From assembly GCF_009914755.1 (NCBI RefSeq), contig NC_060934.1: DNA of 64,000 nucleotides, one strand, 5' to 3'. The translations under genes were made by a program, and so were the position numbers. Under the pieces are notes generated by a model. That model was not told the origin of the DNA and made no database searches. It was given only the letters and a program-made list of their open reading frames with translations. Origin of the DNA: the human T2T-CHM13v2.0 reference genome, Homo sapiens. Shown here piece after piece: positions 40,116 through 64,000 of the stretch. Each line of letters opens with the position of its first letter. Within the stretch, counting starts at the first letter, position 1.

Positions 40116-40811
40116 TATTTGAAGCTATCTCATAAATAGGGTTTGACATACACTAATTATAGCCTGGCAGTATTCATTTACTAAAATCATATAACTGTTA
40201 CTCTCCTCTCAGGATCTGCCCCGTCGAGTCCTCTGACAGACGGACCTAGTGACTGCTGAAAACCTGACTGGGAAGGTGAGTCTTTTTCAGATGACCTCTA
40301 TAAAGCAGATCTAGAGGAGACTGGAAGGATGTGTGTCCCATTATGCCAGTTTGAAATTAATTATGTTTCACGAGGCAGAGGAGGCTCCTGGGCCCAGTTG
40401 ACAAAGTGTGTGTAAAATGTGATTAGCTTTAGGGAATAAATGATTACATGTGCAAATAAATGGGTTTAGTCTACTCACCAGATCAAGCAACTCCACAATT
40501 TATTATTTTTCTTTGGCAGAAATTGAACGCAAAACCACATTAACATCACCTTTGAGGTTATACATACCCACAAGTGAGGAAAACCAAAGATATTGTTCCC
40601 CCAGCTATCATAACCCTGTCGGATGATAGATATATATTAAAAGTGAACTATAAAACTTAATTCAAATCCACAGTTAGCACAAGAATATACCACGATATTC
40701 TTTATGACAAGCTGTGGAGCTATTATACTAGCAGAGTTTTAATTAACCTTTCCAGGTGGAGAAAAAAAGACTCACGGGCTCTTTGAAGCCAGTATAAGAC
40801 AAGATCAGTAA

Positions 40812-42727
<1,916 letters not shown>

Positions 42728-43619
42728 GATCAAAGTTCATCAGACCAAAGAAATAAAAACTTCAGACACCCAGAGGGCTCTCATTAAGTGACACATTATT
42801 CAGGTGTTTTTATATGTTATCATGTGTTCTATGTATCATGAGAACATAATCCTTGAATCTGGAGTAAAAAGTAATCTATTAAGTTTTTTACACACTATCA
42901 ATGTATCACAGTGGGAATTTCCCAAGTTTATTATAAAGTATCACAGAAAATAAGCTACAAGATACTGCCATGATGGATACTAAATTTCCAAGTGATATTA
43001 ATAGACATTTGTCTCAAATTGAGGGAACAAATTACAAGCTGGAAATGAAACACAACATATCTTTCTGGCTGTAAAATGACATTTAAAACGTCCAATACTT
43101 CTGCTACTAATGGCAACAATAAACCATGGTGCATAGCATAATAGGGACTAAACCTCTATATCCTGAAAAAAAAAAAGCAATCCTAGGAGCCTTCCTCATC
43201 AATTCAAAAGCTGCATAGGACACATTTCTCTGGAGATGGAAGGGACTGGGACTGGAAAACAGCAAGTATTGGATAGTCTGGATTATAAGAATATGTAGCT
43301 GGGCACTGGTGACACAGGGAGAAACTACTGATCTACAGTGCTGGAATACTACTAGGAAGCAACTGTCTTCTGGGAAGGAAGGGAATGAGGTTGCAACTCT
43401 CTATTCACTAGACTCAAAGCTAATGAATCATGTGGGGGAGGACTGTGGCAACTATGAACAGCACCGGTGGGTTGAGAAAGGCAATGAGGTCTGAAATAAA
43501 ATTACCACTGGGTAGCAAGATAAACTGCTGGCATGGTCTTTGCAATGAGTCTAACACTATGATCCTGGAACTGTTTTTGACACAGCCCTCCTGAGGCTAA
43601 TCCTATAATCTGGGGAAGG

Positions 43620-44843
<1,224 letters not shown>

Positions 44844-45078
44844 TTACTTCCTACTTTTAAGAACCACTAGTGCCTGAGCAGGAGGAGCAACACCAACACC
44901 AAGCTGGGGTCACAGAATGAGCCACATTATCTTGAACAAGTACAACTGTTCAATTAACTCTATTAGCTTTAATTCATCCCAAATAGCATTTTACCAGAGA
45001 AAAAGGGGTGGGAGGGAGAGGGAGAGAGAGAAAGAGTGGGGAGAGAGACAGAGAGAGAGACAGAGAGAGAGATAGTCA

Positions 45079-45515
<437 letters not shown>

Positions 45516-46026
45516 CATTTCTATATTGGAAAGAAAATAATAGCATAATAATATTAATAACAGCATATTAACACTTAGCAATGATGACTGCAACACTCTG
45601 TATTAATGTTATATGATGTCCAATAAAGAGAACATGACCAATATCCTATATTCAAGGAAACTACTTTAGGTTCTTCCTTAATTTCTGACATGTGCTCCAT
45701 AATATATCTACATGGAAACTTGGAAAATATTATCAAAACATCTCACTGATCAATATAATCCAGCACAATGAATTTAATATATATACCGCATTTATTTTTC
45801 CAGTTGCGTATACTGGAAATCACTGCTTTGGGATTAAAACTCTGATCAACATGATGATTGTGAAGTTGGCAATTTTCTGGAAGGCTTTCAAACTTTAAAG
45901 GGTAGAAAGCTGCAAACAGTATTAAGACTGGACAGAGATGCCAGGAAGTATAGGTCAATGATTCTTTCTTAACTCCTCTTCTAATAAGGCTCCCAGGGTC
46001 ACAGAAGAATTCAAATGCGGTTCCTG

Positions 46027-46702
<676 letters not shown>

Positions 46703-46779
46703 TTAGTTTTTTGACAAATACTTATTGTGCACTTACTCCTGAAAACATTTTTTACAGCTGTCTCTTTACAACCTTATCT

Positions 46780-47600
46780 CACCAATACCAGCAGTTTCCT
46801 GTTTTTTTACCCTTGTGCTTCACGTCCTTAGCTGGATATGAGGGTGATCTGGCTGAGACCCATCCTTCTGATCTCTGGCCCATCTTGGCTCATTTACTTT
46901 ATTCTGTACAACTTAAATATAAGGATAGCACTCTGTCCCTCACTTTCTTTTTTGCTTCAAGTAAATTATACACTGTCCTTGAGTGAGCTCATCAATTCCC
47001 AATGTATCAACCAACTCCTATATGCTAATAATACCGTATCTCTAATTCCACCCACATCACTGATTGCCAAATTCATATATCCAATTGCCTGTAGAGAAAG
47101 CTATTGAGGTGTCTCATGAATACTTCAAACCCAAAATGTCCAAGAGAGAACTCAACATTTCTTTAAGCAAACCTACTTCTCCTCCTGTGTTCTCTATCTC
47201 AGTGAATGGGATTAACTGAATTCTACTCTTTCATACCAATTGCCAAACTGCCAATTGCCAAATCGACTCCCTTTTCTCTCTCCCCTTTCCTAAGACTACC
47301 TTATGATTTTCTCCTTAGACAACTGCAATAACTACCTATTTTCCCTCTTTGTTAATCCATACTTTACAGTGTTGCTAGAGTGATCTTTCTAAAAATCCAA
47401 ATCTGATTATGCCACTTCTCACTTTATACCTTTCAATGGTTCCCTACAGGTTTTAGGATAAAGTGTCCAAATATCCGTGGTGCACCATTCAAAATACTTC
47501 ATGACCTGGCTACTGCATTTTGTTTTTGTTTCCCAAAAGCACCATCTTTTTCCTTCCTTCTTTGCATTGGTTGCTCTATTTCCCTAGAATGCACTTTTAT
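46780..47600 (+). mobile_element. L2 fragment
   Basis: GCTAGAGTGATCTTTCTAAAAATCCAAATCTGAT...CCTTTCAATGGTTCCC, an L2 3' region motif. Confidence 0.65.
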
Positions 47601-48982
47601 TTATTTAAAAAGATAGCTTGTAACCTAGAATGTACTTTTGTTTTTATTTTGCACAGCTCTCTCTCTCTCTCCCACTCTCTCATGCTTAGAAATGACTGAA
47701 CTAGTTTATATTTCATTAGTCATGTAGCTTTAATAAAAAAACACATTCATGTTAATGTGTGGTAGATTGATACAAAACAGATACAGAGATTATGGGTGGG
47801 GAGGGAGAAAAGGCATCCAATAATAAGAAAAATAATGAGAAATAAAAGAGACTTGACAAATATTCATTTCTGTGCTGTTAAATGAATTTAGAGGATAATA
47901 ATCTGATGTAATTTATGACCCTTTAAAGTGGTATTTGCTCAAAGTATGAATTCAAAAGGCTGCATATGATACATAATTCATTCACAAATGACTGCAGAGC
48001 TGGCTCTGGCTCCTAGGACATTGTCTAGACTTCCCAGACTCCTCCAAGGCTGGGTAGCAAGCCAGAGGCCAGATCTATTTTTTTTTAAATATTTTTCTTC
48101 TAAGAAAGAAAAAAAATTACATTTACTAGTTAACTGAGGCTAAGTTAGTTAAAAGAAGAAAAAAAAGCAAGCTTCTTTCCACTCATTAGCACAGTCATCA
48201 TGAGCAATAATCATTCTTTATTTTAAAATGTCCCTAAGTTCCAAAAACCATAACTCTAAAAGGCACCTGCAGCTAAAGATGGCTATAAGAGGGATAAAAA
48301 TGAAAAGACCTACTCAGACACCGTGGACATCATTTTGTCCAAGCTGATCTAGAGGCCAAATTTGATCTGCCTATAGGCCCAGAGAGGTCTGGGAGAACGT
48401 AAAGAAACTTTCTCTTGTCTTGTCTTGCTCCCTAATTTTAATCTGTTTCTTAATGATCTTTGCAGACCTGTCCCTGAGGCACAGAGTCTCTTTACCAGCA
48501 TCAGAAAACCTAGACGATCTATCAATTTAAGCCTGGCTTGGGACAAACTTGATGAGAAAGGTCATTTCTCACAGTCTCTTGGCTCCAGTCCCAGAGTTTA
48601 CCGAGTGCTCTAATGCCTCTTCTTGGGTATTCCACAACTGTAACAAAGAGCAAATGAAAATCCACTACCTGATCTTTAGACAGAATGAATTTCAGAGTTA
48701 GAATTGACTCAAATAATGCCACCTCTGAGAAAACTGAGCAGTCCCCTGCTCTCTTACTTCACTGACTGATTCATATGTCCCAATTTATGTTCTCATTGTA
48801 CCATATACATATCTCTACAACTGTACTGTACTTATGTACTGTGCAAGTATTTCTTGTTCATTTATCCTACCTTTATAAGCTTCTTGAAAGCAGAACAATG
48901 TTTTTCTCATCTTTGTATCTTAAGCATTTAGCACAGTTCCTGGAAAACTAGTGTAAATTATTAGTAGTTAAGAAAAGACTCT

Positions 48983-49315
<333 letters not shown>

Positions 49316-49443
49316 TCAAATCTCAGCTCCACCTTTATCATGTGTGAGACTTTGAGCAAGTTATTTAGCCTCTTATTGCCTCAATTTCCTCATTTATTAA
49401 ATACTAACCTCATAGCACTGAGAAGATCAAATGAAACAACGTA

Positions 49444-49731
49444 CAGACAGCCCCCAACTTACAATGGTCCCACTTAACAATTTTTGAACTTTATGGTGGG
49501 TTTATTGGGGTATTAAATGTATTTCTTTTCTTTTCTTTTTTTTTTTTTTTGAGCCAGGGTCTTACTCTGTCACCCAGGCTGGAGTGCAGTGGGGCAATCA
49601 CAGCTCACTGTAGCCTTGACCTCCTCGGACTCAGGTAATACTTCCACCTTATCCTCCCAAGTAGCTGGTTAAGGGCATTTCTGACTTATGATGGATTTAC
49701 TGAAACATCATCATAAGTCAAGGAGCACCTG
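49444..49731. mobile_element. MER47/Tigger5-type MITE with an inserted Alu fragment
   Basis: TA-CAGACAGCCCCCAACTTAC ... CATAAGTCAAGGAGCACCTG-TA inverted termini. Confidence 0.65.
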
Positions 49732-50310
49732 TACATAAAGCACTTAGAATAGTGTCTGACTCATGGTAAGCTCTCAGGAAGTGCTAGCTAGTATTTTTAT
49801 TATGTAGTATGTACTCAAACTTTTGTTTGAATATATACTACACATATGCTCGAGACTGACAGAAGTCTGTAGCCACGGACTGTTGTAGCTAGAAGTGTAT
49901 ATATAGATGAAACACTGAACTATAAATTCATAATCACCTTCTTCTATACTATTTTTCATTTTACTGTATTACCTTTCTGTGGTACCTTGAATATTCTGTT
50001 GTATGTGAGACTAAAAATTTATTCCTGCATTCTGAATTCCAAATAAATGACCTAAGAACTTTTTATACACTGGTATAGAGCTTATTCATAAGTTGAGAAG
50101 CACCTGGGTTCTACTAAAAAGATGTTGCTAAGACTATTTGAAAGACTGATTGAGGAAAAGTTTCCATGGAGAAAAATCAAAGCTTCATGACTTATTTATG
50201 AGCTCCTTTTATCTTGTGGCCAGTTTCAAATGAACTTAAAATGTAACATTAAAGATATCTGATAACAGGAAAATCCTGGGGATTGACAAATATTACAAAG
50301 GCATCACTAA

Positions 50311-50686
<376 letters not shown>

Positions 50687-50917
50687 TAATGATCCATCTG
50701 AAAGGTCAGATTCAGAAGTGATAATGCCTTTAAAAAACTTTGCCCACATAATATATTTAAGCTACAAAGTGTCACTCTTAAAATTTTTCCTCCATTCTCC
50801 AAAAGGTATGAAACAAAAAAGCACTTTTTGGCACACTTTTACTGAATAATTATCAAGATATTATCAAGGTTGCATTTACAAAGGAGCTTTACATAACCAT
50901 GGAGATTCTACCATATA

Positions 50918-52026
<1,109 letters not shown>

Positions 52027-52227
52027 TATAGTATTTTCAGTTTGACTTTACAACCAGAGAACCTATAAGCCAGAAATGATAGCAAACTTGAGCTGGAGAG
52101 AATAAAGGGAATTGCAAGAAATTAAATCAGAGTTTGGCTTTGGATTTTATACATTTTCTCATTAAACTGGCTCACCCTGAGAGCTAACCTGATCTTATCA
52201 GGGCAAGATATTGGACCTACCCCATGA

Positions 52228-53738
<1,511 letters not shown>

Positions 53739-54307
53739 TACTCTTTAACAAACTCTTCCAATTTTTGGAAAAGTCAAACTGGAAACCTCTAAGGATGGAA
53801 TAAGAAACTACCCACATTCTGCTTTGTAGAGGCAAAGCGGAAGTACAAAACTAAAGGAAATGTCATTGAACATATCATTTTGTTTCTTGGATTTAATTAA
53901 ATCAAGAGTCAGGTCTCATCATTTAGTTTACACTTCCCCAGAGAACAAAACCAACAAAACTGGGCTATCAGTGCAAAAAGAAACCTACTTTGCCAAAGAG
54001 TGTTCTAGTTCCAACAAGTGTTGGATTGAAAGCCTTCTTGCCTTCTGGTCTCCTTTTCTATAATATTTTGGCCAGGAAAGGAGTTGAGGCATGTCCCTTG
54101 ATACGGTCATTTGTTGCATCAGACAGATTTAATTCTACCTTAGCACTTTAAAAAGATGGGTAGAAAGATGTCAACTTGATGATTTAAAGGGTGGGTGATT
54201 CTAGAATCTCTTTAGGTACTTTTAATCATTTAGTTGTAGTTATAATCTTTTTAAAAAGCTCCTTGATATTTAACTTAATACCTTCATTTTTTTTTTTCAT
54301 CTCTACT

Positions 54308-55439
<1,132 letters not shown>

Positions 55440-57011
55440 AAAATGTAACAATTTTATTGGTTATTTGCTAAGCACGTGAATCCCAGCTTATAAGCAAGAT
55501 CATGCTACAGACTGGAATTCTATTAGATAATACCTTTTCAGTGTCCTTGTCTTATATTCTGGAGTTGGTTGCTTCTTTCTTCTACAAATTAGTTTTTGCT
55601 TTTTTTTTTTTTTGATATGACAGCTCCTTTCCCCCCTTACCCCTCTCAAATTAAAATTAACCATAACCTTTCAAATAATTTTCTAATACCTTTCAGTTTT
55701 GACTGACATCCTACTTGCTACAGTCATTAAGAAATCAATGAATATATTAACTGGATTTAGATTTGGCACCTATCTCCAAGGAACTCAATAGTTCTCAGTA
55801 GCCTTAGACGAAATTTTTAATAACCTTAAAAGAGAATTTTAAAAACCAACCTTATATTCTTAAGTCATTCTTTTAGACCTGTTTTTTTTGTGAGTTCCCA
55901 AATAAAGAAAAAAGGGTAGAATGAAAAAAAAAAGAGATCAGAATTAAGAGCATTAAAATAGCTGTAAAATCCAGCAGCTAATAATTCTTGTGATTAAATA
56001 TAATTAAATGGCTAGTTTAGGTAGTATCTTGCAAGCACAAAAGAACAGTGTATTTCTCCACAGTCATAAGACTTGAGTGGCAAAGAAATTGGTAAAAGAT
56101 TCTGAAGAAGGTAGACTGTACATATTCCAGAAATTTGGTCTTTTTCTGTCTCTAAAATTCAGACAATTTTATTTTTCTTTAGAGTCCCAAATAAATCAGG
56201 TACAGAAATGCCATTTCAGACTAAAAGTAATAACTTAATCAGACAAAGAACAGAAATAGTTCAGTCTGAAAGACAGTGTGAAGTAGACCCGAGTTGGAAT
56301 CCTAGTTCTACCATATAATAGTCCTGTGACTTTTACCTCTTTGTGTTTCAGTTTCTACATCCAGAACATGGGTAAAACATCATTAAACCTGACAGGGTTG
56401 TTGAGAATTAAAATAAAGAAGGCATGTAATGTATATAAAGTGCCTGGCTCATAGTAGGTACTCAATAAATGATCATGAACTTATCCCTTTTCTCTGACCC
56501 CTCTGGAAATTAAGTTTGACAGATAAATAGCACTCTCTTCACTTTCAAAGCTACTGTGATGAGAAAAAGACAGAAATAACTAAATGGAACAATAAATCTC
56601 CTGGATCTGAAGTTTTAAAGTAGGTAAATAATGAAATGAAGCTAGTGAGAGATGGATACAAAGAATGGTGGAATTATAAAACCCATACAAAAGTTATTAA
56701 GATACTACTAATCTTTTCTATTTTCCTCTTGGCTGTGATGATGAGATTATATTTCATACTCAATGAAAGGAGAAATTACCCAAACTTAGAAAAGTGAAAT
56801 TAAAAGTGTTTCATAAAACAAAAATTGCTGCCATTTTCCAGATGTTTTATCAGAAAACTATTTCAAAATGAAAGTAAGGCCTTTCAATCATCCAAGTGAG
56901 ATGACCTATTTATATGCCTGTTGCCATACTAGGTGGCAGTGGGTATAAATGGGAAGGTGAACACACTTATTAAAGGCACAGTGCATGCCCAGTGGTGTTA
57001 GGTATGAAATA

Positions 57012-57395
57012 TTTTATTAGTTTGCTAAGGCTCCCATAGCAAAATACTACAGACTAGGACTTTTTCTCATAGTTCTGGAGGCTATACGAGTGTAAGTTCA
57101 AGGGGTCAGCAGGGTTGGTTTCCTCTGAGGCTTCTCTCCTTGGCTTACAGATGACTGCCTTCTGGCTGCCTCTTCACATGATTATCTCTTGGGTCTTTTT
57201 GTTGTGCCTAAATCTCTTCTTCTTATATGGACACCAGACAGGTTGGATTAGAGCCCACTCTTACCCCTCATTTAATGCAATCACCTCTTTAAAGACCTTA
57301 TCTCCAAGTAAAGTCATATTCTGAGATACTGGGGGTTGGGACATCAACGTAGGAATTTTGGAATTTTGATGGGACACAATTCATCCCACTACAAA
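57012..57395 (-). mobile_element. MLT1A-like MaLR LTR
   Basis: TATTAGTTTGCTAAGGCT...AGTTCTGGAGGCT...GGGACACAATTCA pattern. Confidence 0.7.
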
Positions 57396-57654
57396 CATCA
57401 TCTCACTTAACCATTGCCCTGTTTTACAAATGAGGAGCCAGGCTCTGAGAGAATAACTAACTAATCAAATATCACATAGCCAGTAAGTGGTGGGACCAAA
57501 ATTTTAACCAAGGCCTCATTAGCACTAAAGCCTATACTCTTGCTGCTAGTCACGCTTCCTCAAAGAAGGACAAATGTAGTTGGGAAGACACAGTACTGAC
57601 TGATGAAATTTTATGTAAGGATGTCATCAATAAGAAGGTACTTATTCTACTGGA

Positions 57655-58046
57655 CGTCTTCGTCCATTTTCTGCTGGTATAAAAGAATACCACAGATTGG
57701 ATAATTGATAAAGAACAGAAGTTTATTTGGCTCATGGTTTTGGAGGCTGGGAAGTCCAAGAGCATGGCACCAATATCTGGCAGGGGTCCTTTCATGGTGG
57801 ATGGGCAAGCAAACATGTAAGACAGAGGGTAAATGGGGGCCAAACTTACTCTTTAATCAGGAGCCCACTACCACAGCAATAGCCACTTCCATGAAAATGA
57901 CATTAATGCATTTATGATAGCAGAGCCCTCATGACCTAATCACCCCTTAAAGCCCCTGCCTCTTAACAGTGATACAACAGCAATTAAATTTCCAATACAT
58001 GAACTTTGATCGGGGGGGGTGAGGTGGTGTATAATGAAACCATAGC
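57655..58046 (-). mobile_element. MST/MLT1A1-like MaLR LTR
   Basis: GTCCATTTTCTGCTG.TATAA.AGAATACCACAGA...AAACCATAGCA pattern. Confidence 0.7.
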
Positions 58047-58319
58047 ACTAGACTTATGCCATGATATGGGAAGAATGGATTCAGTATTACTAGCCACTTA
58101 CAGAACACTTACTACATGTTAGGCTGCATTCTTTCACAAGAGTCTATTGGTCTCCTCACATGAGGAACTGCTGACTGGCAAAAGGAACAGTCTTAGCACA
58201 TCTTGGTCCAAAGCCTACAGATAGTTCCACATGAATGTCAAACAAAAGAGAGCCTTCTAGAGTAAGTATCTTAGATACAACTGTCTTTTACATCTCTTTT
58301 CTTCTGCATTTGGGTGTAG

Positions 58320-58686
<367 letters not shown>

Positions 58687-59987
58687 TTCTACGCAGTATG
58701 TTAGTGGGCTTTCAACTCTATAGCATCTCAGTATGCAAGACAAAAGTCCTATGCTCTGTTTCTCTAGGCTCTCATTTGTGTTTCTAGGAACAAGTGTTGG
58801 TTTAGATTGTGGTCAGGCTGGCACCTGCTCAGTGCTCTGGTTGACCCTGTATGTTTTTGCTAAAAGTTTTTTTGTTTGTTTTTATTGTTTTTTTTTAAAT
58901 TTCTTTGTTTGTTTTTGTTTTTGCTAAAAGTATTACCCTAGTTTGTGCTTCTTTAACTACATTTTTTGGACCTACACTCTGTTTAATTGTAATTACATAA
59001 TTAATAAGGTAAATCACTTACATTCCCAGATTATGTTACAAATACTCCCAAAGAAGACCAGTCTGGGTATATATGCATACTAGGAAGGCAAGGCATATGA
59101 CTTGAACCCTGGTACATACTAACTCTCACACAAACATTGTTAGATGAGGTCTACTTCTTTCTTCTATACTCTGAGGAGTATATTGGAACATTCCTATAAG
59201 AATGCAAACTTCACAAAGGTAAGCACTATGCCTTTGTGTGTGTGTGTGTGTGTGTGTATTTGTTGTAACATATCTAGTATATTTTACATATAAAAATACC
59301 CAATATAAATCAGTGAACAAAATAAAATTCACTGCCTCAGAAGTATCTGTTTTCCATAGGGTAAAAATAGTAATGTTACCATTTCCAAATAAAGCTCTGG
59401 AAGCATAATACTTAAATGCTATTGGACATACATTTTCTTCATTCTGTGAAGTTATATTTTGAACTCCATGATCTGCTACAGTTTACTGTGGCAAGGTAAC
59501 TGGCAAAAAACAAGAGTACTGTGGTTATTCTGAAGATAGAGCCCTCTACGTACAACTAGACAAAAGGAAAACGTCGCTAACTAGAATATTTAGAAACTGA
59601 GGTATTACGATTAATTTATGACTAATTTTCTGGTTTATTGAGAGCTGACCAGATAATGTCTTTTGCTTCTATTATTGTTGAAATCTTTTCAAGTGATTTT
59701 CTAGGCTGATGTGTCACATTCCTCTGTATGCGATGAAGAAAAAACCCTTTGAAGTCTAAGCACTTAACCTTTCCTGATACTTACTTAGCCTTGAGCTTTT
59801 CACTAGACAGAGAAGTTATCTATCCAGCTGTGCAAGGAAGTTAGAATAGGGAAGCTGTGTTTGCTTCATGTAAAGGTATTGAAAAAAAAATCCTATACAG
59901 TATTTAGTTAAGAAAAAAAAAGAAAAAAGGAGTAGGGAAGCTGTAAAACTTTTCAACATGGCAAACACTTACTGACCTTTTAGTATA

Positions 59988-61085
<1,098 letters not shown>

Positions 61086-61284
61086 TGAGACAAGTGGGTG
61101 GAAAAGGTGAAATCATATATAAGAATCTTGGGGAAACAGGGAAAGCAGATACAGAAGTAACATACATAGTTTAAAAACAACATAGCACCTTTCTCCAGTA
61201 TTTTCACCTGTTTTAGTTATAGTAGTTAATGTTTTGAAATTCCAAATAATATTAAGGTAGGGCGTGTGTTAAAAGAAAAAGAGA

Positions 61285-61639
<355 letters not shown>

Positions 61640-62394
61640 TTAAAAATGTCAAGAAATTAGAGACTAGATTTTTGTCTCCAGACAAAAATACATATAGAAG
61701 GCATTTGATCAATGTTTTGAATGGAACAGAATAAATAGCTAGAATAGCATGATGGTCTAAACTTTAAATGGAAAAGTAAACTTGTAAATCCCCAAACACA
61801 GTAAGATACCTTTGCAACTCTCAGCAACATTGCCTTAAACAATTAAAGAGACAGGATCTCACCGTGTTGCCCAGGCTGCTCTCAAACTCCTGGGCTCAAG
61901 CGATTCTCCCACCTTAGCCTCCCGGGTAGCTGGGACTATGGGTGTATGCCACTGTGCCTGGTTAAGCACATATATTTTATATTAAGCACACATATTTTTA
62001 TTCTGACATTTTGTGTTTCCAGCTCTTACTACCTTTGCAATTATCCATCCTTCTTCATCTCCATCTTCTGGTGTCTTCCACACAATAAACAAAAAAGCAG
62101 GAATATATGCTCAGATTGAGAACTGCTGTGACCCCTGAGTTTCTTTCTCCACAAACGGAACATACAAAGACAGCTAAGATTTTTCAATTTAGAGGTTTTT
62201 GGTTTTAGATTACAGAAATACTTCACTTCATGACATTTTCACAGAACATGTTGTTTCCTATCTGCTGTCAGTTTATAAAGCACTGATAAGCTTCAAATCA
62301 ATCAGTTCTCACAGCTGGAGGTAAATGGAAAGAATGCCTATAGTACAGGCCCTCCTGCCCATCAGCTCCACATGTGATGGATCTACTGAGTCTA

Positions 62395-62604
<210 letters not shown>

Positions 62605-62682
62605 CTAATACAGAATCAAACCCACATCCAGAAAAATATTAGGAAGTGAGAAAACATAAACATAGAAAAGCAAGAATCATAA

Positions 62683-63049
<367 letters not shown>

Positions 63050-63252
63050 TAGGTGCTATTATTATCCTTATTTTATAAATAAGATTGAAGCACACGGAAT
63101 TAAATAACTTGCTCAAGGTCAAGTGGCTGGTAAGTAGCAGAATTAGGGTTCTAACACAGACAGCCTGACAACTTTATAATTGGGATCCTCTTAGAAAATC
63201 TCTGTTCAGGAAAGGATGAACATTTGTTTTGGAGACTCAAAAACTCTCTCAT

Positions 63253-63837
<585 letters not shown>

Positions 63838-64000
63838 CAGTTTCTTACCTTATATAATGTACCTGATACTTTCTCCCACTTCCTGGAATATTTGCCCCTT
63901 TCCTCATTTTGAGAATACAAAAAATGCTTTTTCCTATACATACAGTTTTTCTGTTTTGAGACCACTTCTGGCAATCATAATAACTGTATCTGGAGAAGCA

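Noticed and set aside
48310-48600. Longer decayed coding exon beyond the 36-nt candidate
   Set aside because: Four stops in about 108 codons is what random sequence gives, and I recognise no homologue.

Overview
Primate (human-like) genomic DNA lying entirely inside the MICU1 gene (mitochondrial calcium uptake 1), which is transcribed from the - strand. Two in-frame, phase-0 coding exons are present, 62604->62407 (198 nt, VQSIIRSQ...DVLKLE) and 10709->10572 (138 nt, FERHDPVD...HFKEGK). They are separated by a 51.7-kb intron, and the rest of the window is also intronic. The intron is dense in repeats: about 60 Alu elements (mostly on the - strand), a full-length but inactivated L1PA6-like LINE-1 antisense to MICU1, a 5'-inverted (twin-primed) L1PA2-like insertion, MaLR/ERV1 solo LTRs, Tigger/Tc2/hAT DNA-transposon relics, L1M/L2 fragments and microsatellites. 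Almost all ORFs in the supplied track are Alu or L1 artefacts. No tRNA, rRNA, CRISPR array or new gene system could be supported. The best leads are: (i) an intact L1 ORF0 plus antisense-promoter region pointing into a downstream MICU1 exon; (ii) a locally templated inverted insertion and other DNA-repair scars; (iii) a well-formed antisense exon and candidate cryptic exons; (iv) two THE1 LTRs that keep DUX4 motifs. Repeat subfamily calls come from recalled diagnostic motifs and need RepeatMasker/Dfam confirmation. Repeat boundaries are approximate unless a TSD is cited.
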